Source: Thelocarpon superellum (Eukaryota). Taken from it: a DNA stretch of 64,000 bases. Positions within the stretch are counted from its first letter, which is position 1; each line of letters starts with the position of its first letter. Made by a program: the position numbers and the translations under genes. The notes below the pieces were generated by a model. That model did not search any database and was not told where the DNA came from. It saw nothing but the letters and a program-made list of their open reading frames with translations. Positions 1 to 10,341 of this stretch are shown one piece after another. The DNA is taken from positions 1 through 64,000 of the forward strand of contig JAPEUG010000047.1 of the NCBI GenBank assembly GCA_026025795.1, in the 5' to 3' direction.

Positions 1-645
1 GAGATGCAGCAATGACACGAATTCTCCGTCGAGCACTGAGAGGTACGACCAGAGAAGGTCTCCTTGGCTCGCAAACCTCCACCTTGGAATTGAGGTGTTT
101 TGAGGTGGATTGGCCGACCGGGCGTCCCGAATACCGTCCGATCGCTTGTGAGGAACCTCTTATTCGCTCTACGTCATTAGATCAAGCAATGGCTGAGCAA
201 GACCGGCCGCCCATCCAGCACCTCGACCCCCCCGTAAGATCAATCGGACGCAAATGCAACGTGCAATGTTAACTACAGAGCCATCACCTTACACATTGAA
301 CAATTGAGCCAAACCTTGCTCAGTGCAGTTCGCGCAGCAAGGTCGAGCGGCGAGCGTCTAAGACAGTGCGGCAGCTTCTCTGCAGCACCATCGCACAGAG
401 GGCATGACTCACCCTCCGGCCCCCGCCCCCGCCCCCGGCCCCAAGTCTCATCAATGCAACGGAACCGACATCGCGCGTACTTCGTCGGTCGGGTAACATA
501 GTGATAGGTGTTCCCTGCAATCGCCTCTACTGGCCCTCGTACATTGAATATTCACCCCAATTCCTTGCGGACGCCCCGTCGCCGCGCCACAGCTCGGCCA
601 ATCACAAGATTGCCATCCGAGCTGGTCGTCGGCTCTTTGACGCCC

Positions 646-2319
646 ATGGCAGATCCATCTGGGCTCTCCGGCCCCGTGGAACAGGTGCACCTTACGAGCG
701 CAGCGGCCACAGACGCGGCGCCCGCGCCCGCGCCCGCGCCCGCGTCCGCCGATGCCGCCAAGGAACCCACAAAGACCGCGCTGAAGAAAGCGGCCAAGGC
801 CAAGGAACAAGCCGAGCGTAAGGCCGCCAAAGAGAAGGAGTTGGCCGCGCAGAAAGCCAAAGAGGACGAGCTGCGTCACGCGGCGCTGGAGGAGGCCAAG
901 AGAGTCGTCCTGGTCGAAGAAACCTCTCTACCCCCCGCCGTCAAGATCATCACGGGCGAGAAGGACCCGGCCATCGTGAAGCTGAGGAAGATCGACGCGC
1001 AAACGGATGGGCATCGTACTGAGGGCCGTGGCACGAGAGTGGAGGTGTCGGGCTGGGTGCATCGGCTGCGGTCCCAAAAGGAGTTCATGTTCATTACCCT
1101 CCAGGATGGCTACGGCGAGCTTCAGTGCGTGCTGTCGGGCCAGTTGACCAAAACCTACGATGCCATGACCCTCACCCGCGAGACCACCATGACCGTGTAT
1201 GGCGAGATGTGGGAGGTGCCCGCCAAGCAGCATGCCCCCGACGCTCGCGAGCTGCACGTCGACTTCTATCGCATCCTGGGCAAGGCCCCTGGCGACAAGC
1301 GCGCCTTGAGCACCGTCCTGGCGCCCGACGCCGACCCCCAAACCCTCTACAACCACCGTCACCTCGCCCTTCGTGGGGACACCCTCTCGTCGGTGATGAA
1401 GGTACGGGCGGCGGTGCTGGACGCCTTCCGCCAGACCTACCGCGACGTCCGTCCGCGGCGACTGACCGAGGTCGACCCGCCCGCCCTGGTGCAGACCTCG
1501 GTCGAGGGCGGCAGCACCCTGTTCGAGCTGAACTACTTTGGCGAGAAGTCCTATCTGACGCAGTCCTCCCAGCTCTACCTCGAGACGCTCCTGTCGCGCA
1601 ACGGGGATGTCTTTTGCGTGCAAAAGTCCTTTCGCGCCGAAAAGTCCTTGACCCGCCGACACTTGTCCGAGTACACGCACATCGAGGCGGAGCTCGCCTT
1701 CCTAACCTTCGATGACCTCTTGAGCCACCTGGAGTTCGTCATGACGCGCGTGCTGGAGCTCGCGCTCGCCGATCCCTCCATCGCCCCGCTGGTCCGCACG
1801 CTCAACCCGGACTTCAAGGCCCCGACGCGGCCCTTTCTCCGCATGCGATATGCCGACGCCATCGGCTGGCTCAACGAGCATGACATCGTCAACGAGGAGG
1901 GGAAGCCGCATGCCTTTGGCGACGACATTGCCGAAGCGGCCGAGCGCAAGATGACCGACATCATCAACCGGCCCATCTTCCTGACCCACTTCCCCGTCAC
2001 GCTCAAGGCCTTCTACATGGCCAAAGATCGGCAGGATCCGCGCACGACGGAGAGCGTAGACTGCCTGATGCCCGGCGTCGGCGAGATTGTGGGCGGGAGC
2101 ATGAGAATCACCGATTACGACGAGCTCATGGCCGCCTTTGCCCGCGAGAAGCTCGACCCAGCCCCCTACTACTGGTACACGGACCAGCGAGAGTATGGCA
2201 CCTGTCCGCACGGTGGCTATGGTCTCGGGCTCGAGCGCTTCCTGGCCTGGCTCTGCGGTCGATACACGGTGCGTGAGTGCATTGCCTACCCGCGCTGGAC
2301 CGGCCGGTGCAAGCCGTAG
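646..2319 (+). CDS. DED81: Cytosolic asparaginyl-tRNA synthetase (class IIb), intronless
   Basis: First in-frame ATG at 646. OB-fold anticodon domain (GWVHRLRSQ, LQDGYG), motif 2 (FRAEKSLTRRHLSEYTHIEAE), GVGEIVGGSMR and motif 3 (PHGGYGLGLERF); C-terminus RWTGRCKP is typical of eukaryotic AsnRS. Confidence 0.95.
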   Translation: MADPSGLSGPVEQVHLTSAAATDAAPAPAPAPASADAAKEPTKTALKKAAKAKEQAERKAAKEKELAAQKAKEDELRHAALEEAKRVVLVEETSLPPAVKIITGEKDPAIVKLRKIDAQTDGHRTEGRGTRVEVSGWVHRLRSQKEFMFITLQDGYGELQCVLSGQLTKTYDAMTLTRETTMTVYGEMWEVPAKQHAPDARELHVDFYRILGKAPGDKRALSTVLAPDADPQTLYNHRHLALRGDTLSSVMKVRAAVLDAFRQTYRDVRPRRLTEVDPPALVQTSVEGGSTLFELNYFGEKSYLTQSSQLYLETLLSRNGDVFCVQKSFRAEKSLTRRHLSEYTHIEAELAFLTFDDLLSHLEFVMTRVLELALADPSIAPLVRTLNPDFKAPTRPFLRMRYADAIGWLNEHDIVNEEGKPHAFGDDIAEAAERKMTDIINRPIFLTHFPVTLKAFYMAKDRQDPRTTESVDCLMPGVGEIVGGSMRITDYDELMAAFAREKLDPAPYYWYTDQREYGTCPHGGYGLGLERFLAWLCGRYTVRECIAYPRWTGRCKP

Positions 2320-2925
2320 ATACGCCGATCGTCCATTGTTCGTCGTCCGTGGCCCGTTGGCCGCTGCTCGTGATACCACCTCATCCGCTTCCTCGTATTT
2401 CATCTCCAGACCCACGATTTGCCTACGATAGAGAATTGAGCCGGCCTGAGTCACAGATGCTCCATGCCCCAGGTCCTCGCAGAAAACCCGCCCTCGGCCA
2501 CGGACCGGGGGATGACGTTGTACTTCGTCCTTCGGACAATGCGATTGTGCTCGAGGTGCGAGTAAAGAGCGCTAAGCCGAATACGGTGGCTCTCTACGCG
2601 TGGCATCGCGTCGGCGAATGTTCGCCCAAAGGCGGAGGAACGTCAACATCAGGCAAGCGTAGGAGACGTGAGGGCTGCTCGTCGCTCTCGCCGCCGTGAC
2701 TGCTTGAGCTTCGGAAAAGTGGCTTCTCTTCGGAAAGCCCCATTTGCTTCGGTTTGGAGCCGCCTTCCTGTGCCGTCGTTCGCTCGCATCCGACGTTGGC
2801 CGGAGTCCAAATCCACGCAGCATCTCCCTGTTTTCCCACGCTGTCGGCGGTCAAGCGTCGGTGCGGGACGACCTCGACCATCCCATGCCCCATCATCTCC
2901 CCTTTGCCATTCGACGCGACCCACC

Positions 2926-5857
2926 ATGCCGTCGAAACAAGCCACACTGGGGTACGTACAGCCTGCGCAGAGAAGCCTAACGTGCGTCTGATCTCGACTC
3001 GGTCTCTGGTGGGGCCCTGATACCTCGGGTGCTGACCGGCCTTCTCTAGCAAATTCTTTGGCCAACCCAATGGCGCCAGTCATGCTCCACGGCAGTCCAA
3101 GCTCGCCTTTTCGACTAAGAGTCCCTCCACCGAGACCAATGGCGCTGGTGCGGTGACAGAGTCGGCTACCACCGACGCACGTGAGGCGGACACTGCCATG
3201 ACCGATGTCCAGCAAGAAGAGGGGGCACATGAGGATGCCGCTCAATCCGCCGAGCCTGCTCCGCAGCCGCAAGCCGTGAAGACCGAGTCGGACGTTGACG
3301 GATCAGCTACCGAGAGCAAGTCGAAGCGCTCTCGATCAACCGCGGCTGCGCCAGCTCCGGTGGCGACCGACGAATCGGACGATGCCGATGAGCAGCCGCT
3401 CACCAAACGGCGAAGACGTGACGGTGCCAGCAGCAATCAGGTCGCCAAGGCGGACTCACTCGGCGAGGCCAGTCCTGGACCGACCATCCAGACGGAATTG
3501 GCGGCGTCAACAAATGATGAGACCCAGGAGGGTGCCGGTCGTTGGGACGTAGAGCACCTCAAGGCCGAAGACGCCGAAACCGAGACTGATGAGGCGTTGG
3601 AGTCGGACGAAGATGAGAAGCCAGAGCTTGCGGCCAAGGCACGAGAAAAGGTCCAGACGACGCTCAAGGACAGCGCGAACGACCCTTATCCCGACTGGAA
3701 CCCCGGTGCACCCGTGCCGTACGCAGCGTTATGCACCACCTTTTCCCTCATCGAGATGACGACGAAACGTCTCATCATCATGGCGCACTGCTCGCTCTTC
3801 CTACGCCAGGTGCTCCGGCTCACGCCAGCTGACCTGCTCCCCACGGTCCAGCTGATGGTCAACAAGCTGGCCGCGGACTACGCCGGGATCGAGTTGGGCA
3901 TCGGCGAATCGCTGATCATGAAGGCCATTGGCGAGACGACCGGCCGGAGTCTGGCGACGATCAAAGCCGACCAGAATGAGATCGGTGACCTCGGCTTGGT
4001 CGCGGCCAAGAGTCGGTCGAACCAGCCCACCATGTTCAAGCCGAAGCCGCTCACCGTGCGAGGGGTACACGAGGGCTTGATGGCCATCGCCACCGTGTCC
4101 GGAAACGGGGCGCAGAGTCGAAAGGTGGCCGGCATCAAGAAGCTGCTCGCCGCCGCTGACGCTCAGTTGGCGGGCAAGGGGAAGGGGGTCGACATCACCG
4201 AGAACAAGGGTGGTCCCAGCGAGGCGAAATTCATCATCCGCTTCTTGGAGGGGAAACTACGACTGGGGCTCGCGGAAAAGACGGTTTTGATCGCCCTGGC
4301 CCAAGCGATGGTGGCACACGACGTCGGCGGGGATGGCAACGGCAAAGTCCCCAGCACGGAGCAATTGGCCCAAGGCGAAGCCACGCTCAAACGCGTCTAC
4401 AGGTCGGTGACGGGCGCGCGAGGACGATGGCGGGGCTAACGCGCTCCCTAGTGAACTCCCCAACTACGAAGTCATCATCCCCGCCATGGTCGAGCATGGG
4501 ATCGTCCATCTCGGGGACCACTGCAAGCTGCAGCCGGGCGTGCCGCTGAAACCCATGCTGGCCAACCCGACCAAGTCCATCACCGAGGTGCTGAACCGAT
4601 TCGAGAATAAGCACTTCACCTGCGAGTACAAGTATGACGGTGAGCGGGCGCAGATCCACTTCGTCTCACCCGAGTCCCCTCTCCAGTACCCGTGCACGCT
4701 CCCGTCAGCCAAGGGGCAGAAGGGGCTGTCGGCCATCTTCTCGCGCAACTCGGAAGACCTCTCGAAGAAGTACCCAGACGTGCTCTCGAAGCTTCGCACG
4801 TGGGTCAAGGAAGACACCCGGAGCTTCGTGCTCGATTGTGAGACAGTGGCGTGGGACGTGGAGACGAAGAAGGTGCTCCCATTTCAGCAGCTCATGACGC
4901 GGAAGAAGAAGGACGTCAAGATCGAAGATGTCAAAGTCAAGGTCTGCGTCTTTGCCTTTGACATCCTCTTTGTGAATGGCGAGGTGGGTTCACATTTCAT
5001 TGCCTCAAGGTGTCCGCCGGAGGGACTAACTTTTCCAGTCGGTGGTCCGGAAGTCATTCCGAGAGCGACGGAAGCTGCTCTACGATGCCTTCGAGGAGGT
5101 CGAAGGCGAATTTGCCTTTGCCAAACAGATGAACACCAGCGAGCTCGAGGAGATCCAAACCTTTTTGGAGGAGAGCGTCAAGGCGTCGTGCGAAGGGCTG
5201 ATGGTGAAGATGCTGGACGGCGAGGAGAGCGGGTACGAGCCCAGCAAGCGAAGTCGGAATTGGTTGAAGGTGAGAGGGTCCGATTGAGTCGACGGGCACC
5301 GGGCTTACTCACTCGTTGGGCAGATCAAAAAGGACTACCTCGCCGGACTCGGAGACTCACTGGATCTCGTGGTGCTAGGCGCATACTACGGCAAGGGCAA
5401 GCGGACGTCGGTGTACGGGGCGTTCCTGCTAGCGTGCTACAACTCCAGCACGCAGGAGTACGAGACGGTGTGCAACATTGGCACGGGCTTCTCCGAGGCG
5501 GTGCTGGAAGAGCTCCACACGGCCTTGTCGGAGCATGTCATCGACCGACCGAAGCCCTTCTACGCCCACTCCAACGTGGCCAAAGACCAGCCCGATGTCT
5601 GGTTCGAGGCCAAGTTCGTGTGGGAGGTCAAGACGGCGGATCTGACGCTGAGCCCACGATACAGGGCCGCGGCCGACGCAGGCATTGACGGGACCGGGCG
5701 TGGAGTCAGTCTGCGCTTCCCGCGCTTCATGCAGCGACGCGATGACAAGAAGGCCGACGAAGCAACGAGCAGCCGGATGGTGGCGGAGATGTATCGGAAG
5801 CAAGAGAGCGTGTCCAAGGTGACGGGACCTGCCGTGGACGACGATTTTGAATACTAG
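2926..5857 (+). CDS. CDC9: ATP-dependent DNA ligase I; introns 2952-3049 (alternative donor 2982), 4403-4451, 4984-5038, 5270-5323
   Basis: N-terminal PIP box QATLG|KFF, adenylation motif EYKYDGERAQIH, EGLMVK, WLK|IKKDY and SLRFPRF. The GT-AG introns have branch points and join the listed ORF pieces in frame. Confidence 0.95.
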
Positions 5858-6302
5858 AGGCATGTCACATCGGCTGGCGTTTCCGGAGTGACGGAGAACG
5901 GGTTCCTTCTTCCTTGATGGCATCCATGTCATCAGACGCCGAATGAAAGCAGACCCCCGCTCGACGAGGCTATTAGATCCTGGGAAGTGAATGGAGCATT
6001 CCAGATCAAGAGGGTGGGGAGGAGGGGATGCGCAGACGAGCTTCTGTCCGTGGTTACCTGCAGAGGGCTAGTAAAGTCTGATTGGCGACTGTAGTGGTCC
6101 CTCTGGCGTCCGCCCTGCGCGTCGGTTATGCAGGTCCAAGGATGATTCGCTTCCCCCAGGCTAAAATCACCTGACTGGCGTGGCAGCTCATTCGGCAGCT
6201 CGCTCGGCAGAGTATCTTCCATTGTTTCTAGTCACAGTATGACTACCACGGTCGCTGATTCGACAGCGTCTTCCGTCATCTCCGGAGTCCTCCAGATCGT
6301 CA

Positions 6303-7763
6303 ATGGCACCTGGAAATCAGATGGACCCGGGGAACCCCCGGCCCCAGGATGATCCGAAGGCACCCGAGAGTGCAGCGGCCCCGGATGATCCCACGCCCCA
6401 GGATACGCGAGGGACCGCCGAGGATACGCGCACGCTGGACCAAGTGCTTCCGCTGGTGGCCCGAGGCAAGGTCCGCGATATCTATGAGATTGACTCCAAG
6501 ACGCTGCTCTTGGTAGCAACGGACCGCATCTCGGCGTTTGATGTGGTGCTGGAGAATGTTCGCCGCGCCGCACCGTGCCTATCCATTCCCGGACCAGATT
6601 GCTAATTCCGCTAGGACATCCCGCACAAGGGGGACATCCTCAACGTGATCGCGGCACGCTGGTTCTGGTGGCTCCAGGGAAAAGTGCCGTCGCTTCGCAC
6701 CCACTTTGTCTGCGTCGACCTTCCCGACGGCATTCCCGAGCATCTGCGACCGCCCTTGCGTCATCGCAGCATGGTGGTCAAAAGGATGAAGGTCTTCCCG
6801 ATCGAGGCTATTGTCCGCGGATATCTCGCCGGCAGCGCGTGGCAGGAATACAAGGTGCACGGCACCGTGAATGGGCTGGAGATGCCCGCGGGGATGGTCG
6901 AGAGCCAGGCTTTGCCCGGCGGGCCAATATATACCCCCAGTACCAAGGGGGCCGTGGGAGAGAAAGGTGAGGCTGACTAGACGGAGGCAGCGAGCCCGTC
7001 CGCTGACGATGCCTCAGATGTCAATCTCCATCCATCGCAAGGTATGCCACGGTGTCACCGCGCCGGCGCACGCGATGCGACTAACGGATCACGCAGTGCG
7101 TGACATCATCGATCAGAAGTACGCCGAGCAGATTGAACGTATTGCATTAAATCTCTATTCGACGGTACGTGGCGAGCGGCGCCCTGGACGCTGGGCCGTT
7201 GTCGCTCGTGCTCGTGCTCATGCTCATGCGCCGAACAGGGCAGTGACGAAGCATTGAAAAAGAAGGTCATCCTGGCCGACACCAAGTTTGAGTTTGGACT
7301 GGATGAAGAGACCGACGAGGTGGTGCTGATTGACGAAATCTTTACTCCTGGTGGGTTGCCTTGCCACGTGCGATGACTGGCCCGCGCCGTGCTGATTTCT
7401 CCAGACTCGTCACGATTTTGGCCGGTGGAGACGTACAAGGCAGGAAAGCCCATGCCGAGCTTTGACAAGCAGTATGTGCGGGATTGGTTGATCAAGAACA
7501 AGCTGAAGGGCGTCAAGGGGGTGACGTTGCCCGAGGACGTGGTGAAGAAGACCCAAGAGAAATACGCCCAGGCCTTTCAATTCATGCTCTCCATGACCCC
7601 AGAGGAGTATTTCGCCTCGGACCTGTGGGAATACTCTCTCGGGAAGTCGGTGCCGGTGGATTTCAACTTCCCTGAGGATCTACGGGGATCCCTGGCCCAG
7701 CCGGGGGCCAAGAATCCGCCCCTCCCCAGAGGACATCCAGCCGCCAATACGCGTGAAGAGTAG
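6303..7763 (+). CDS. ADE1: SAICAR synthetase (phosphoribosylaminoimidazole-succinocarboxamide synthase); introns 6558-6614, 6967-7017, 7042-7096, 7165-7238, 7351-7404
   Basis: Motifs [50 protein letters not shown] and [10 protein letters not shown] are assembled across five canonical introns. Confidence 0.92.
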
Positions 7764-7840
7764 GAACGTTGGGTCACGGAGCATCGTGGGTGGGGTTGAG
7801 AATAGAATGGCGAACGATGAGCGATCATCTCAGAAAGGAG

Positions 7841-7873
7841 AAAGGGGAAAGGGAAAGGGGAAAGGGCAAAGGG
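7841..7873. repeat. (AAAGGG)n purine microsatellite downstream of ADE1
   Basis: aaaggggaaagggaaaggggaaagggcaaaggg. Confidence 0.75.
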
Positions 7874-10341
7874 CGCAGGTCTCGGTGCAAAGAGGCTACC
7901 ATTATACTACCGTGTTGATTTGCGATGATCCGTGTGGATACCTATGCCGGTACTACCAGTACTACCACTCCTGGTAGCCGTTCCTACAGTCCCTACCAAC
8001 GGCCCAGTAGGTAGGGCGCGGATTTCCGCGCCGACGACGTTATTGACGCCTTCAAGTCAAAGTTCGATCTTCGCTGTCGTGCATAAATTGCTGTAGAAAT
8101 GGCAGCTGTTTGACGGGAGAAGTTGATTCGAGCCATCGGAAAGTGGGCAAGTTGGATGTCGCAGCGACCGGCGACGCCTCGTGTGCGAGGGTGGGTGGGG
8201 TGCGCGACCCCTGCCAAGAGCAGGTACAAGTTTGAGTCCGCCGTGGCCAGACTGCAGGCCAGCCGTCAGGTGCACACGCGAGCCACGGGCGATCCTGCAC
8301 GACGAGTCAGGTAGCTTCTAGCTGCCTCGTAGTGTTGACAGCGCGCTCGTCCAGCTGCCGACCTGAACATCCGACACCGCTGGTCGCAGGGAGATGCAGG
8401 TGTCATGTATCAGGCTTCTCCACCGTTGCATGATGGAGGCAGCAGGGCAGACGGACACCCGGACAAACGGACCTGTGTTCCGACATTTGCACCTGTCGGG
8501 GTGTGCTCAGAAGAGACAGATCCCTCGTTCGGGCCGGCCATCGGACGGGTCGGCGTTCGGCGGTCGCCTAGAAGATCACGCTGTGACGCGCCCGACGACG
8601 TGCATCTCTCCTTACTACTATCCTTCCCCTTCCTCGCTTGTGCACATCCTTGCACTGGGGGTGCGGGTGCTGGCGGGAGATTTATGTCCTTCGTTCCTGA
8701 CTCCATGCTGATCGACCACGACCGCGTCGGTTCTAATGGACGACCGGGCGCTGACGAGCTGCCACGATTCTTATTTTATCTTGCGAGCTCGTCACGCCTG
8801 TCCGCCGTCGTACCCACTCGAGAGTAGCGCGTGCGGCCGGAACTCAACTCGACACTCGGATGATTCTGCACGGCAACTCACTCGACACAGCTCCTAGATA
8901 CCCGACGCGACCCCTGCCTCGACCCCAGCCTCGCTGATTGGTCGACGCGCCCCGTCACCGCACCCCCTTGCTGCGGCGCACCGCCGCCATGGCGTTTCTC
9001 TTCCTAATCTCCAGCGCTGCTAGTGCTCCCCTACGGCTGCTCGCCTCCGCCGTTCTCGAACGTAGAGGGTCTCGCGGACGGCCGGGACGGGCTCTCCCCT
9101 GCCTGGCCGGTCATCCATTCCTTTGTGCGCGATCTGCCGCGACGATGATGGCGGCGTTCGACCTGCGCTGAACGGAGCTGCAGGTGGCGGACGCCGTCGA
9201 CGCAGCGCAGCGTAAGGCCTCCAGCGGTACGGCTCCCCGCTAGCCCGGGAACGCGCACCCGTACTCGCCCCGTTAGGGGGGCGAAAGAGGGAAAGAGGGC
9301 CAAGCACCACGAACCCGGTTCGACGTTCCTGCGCTCCAGCGGGGAGCGGGCACACTACGACGAGTACGGAGTCGCCAGGACCTAAATCGAGATAGATTCG
9401 GCAGTGCAGCGAATGATGAATTATTGATTTGGATCGGACCGCGGGCCCCATACCTGCAGCGGGCACCTAAATCAAGTCGCTCACTCCACTACGACGGGGG
9501 CCGACTCCTAACCAGACGGATGGTTAGCAGGGTATGGTCTGCTCCTGGGCCCCGGCAATCCCACCGCCGTCGCTCGTACGAGTACCAGGACCTGGGGTCA
9601 GATCCCCAGTAGTGGCCGTGTAGGAGGCCCTGAAAGGTCTCGGAGTAGCGATTTTCGTTCCCCGGCAAGCCCGCGCTACCGCCAGGTAGTGTACCGACTC
9701 TGTCTGATGTGCTCGATAATTCATTTCTTTGCTGCACCATCCGCGCTCCTGGTGCCTGGCACACCACTCCCACCTCGACCACGGCCATTTTCCTCTTGAC
9801 CTCCACGCTCCTTTCTTCTCTTCACTTCTCCAATTCCCCTCCCTCTTTACCCACCTTTCTTCTCCGCCATCCGTGTCGGTTGCCTTCGCCATCCTCCTTC
9901 TCGCCAAGCCCTTTGACCCCCTTGGTCACCCACGTCGTCCCTTCGCCCTTTTGACTCTTTGTCGACACTCTTTGGACGGAACCCACCTCTACCACCCGCA
10001 TCACCGGACGTGCAATCTTTTGTCGATACTTTGGCACCGTGCCACCCCATTCCCTCTTCCTCCTTCCTTCTTGTCCGGGTCAAGCGTCTCGAACGTTGAA
10101 GCCCGCCCATTGACGCGTGCTGTCCTCACGGCGTATCATTGCAGCGACCACGGAACCTTTCCCCCAACCCACCGAGGGCCGCACTTCGTCAGGAAGCCTC
10201 TCCACCGGTGCCACTCCGGTTTCGACCATTCTACGAGTCGTCCACACCAGCGAGTCCCGACCGGACACACGGTCCTTCACCACGGCGGTCTTATCATCCT
10301 CCCTTCCGGAGGCTTGGGCGTTGCCTCCTCATCGGCTCGGG

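Noticed and set aside
928..2454. Long antisense and alternative-frame ORFs over AsnRS (likewise 33165-34220, 14647-15651, 12268-13086, 31405-32295 and others)
   Set aside because: Expected shadows of GC-rich codon bias in the real gene; no recognisable motifs.
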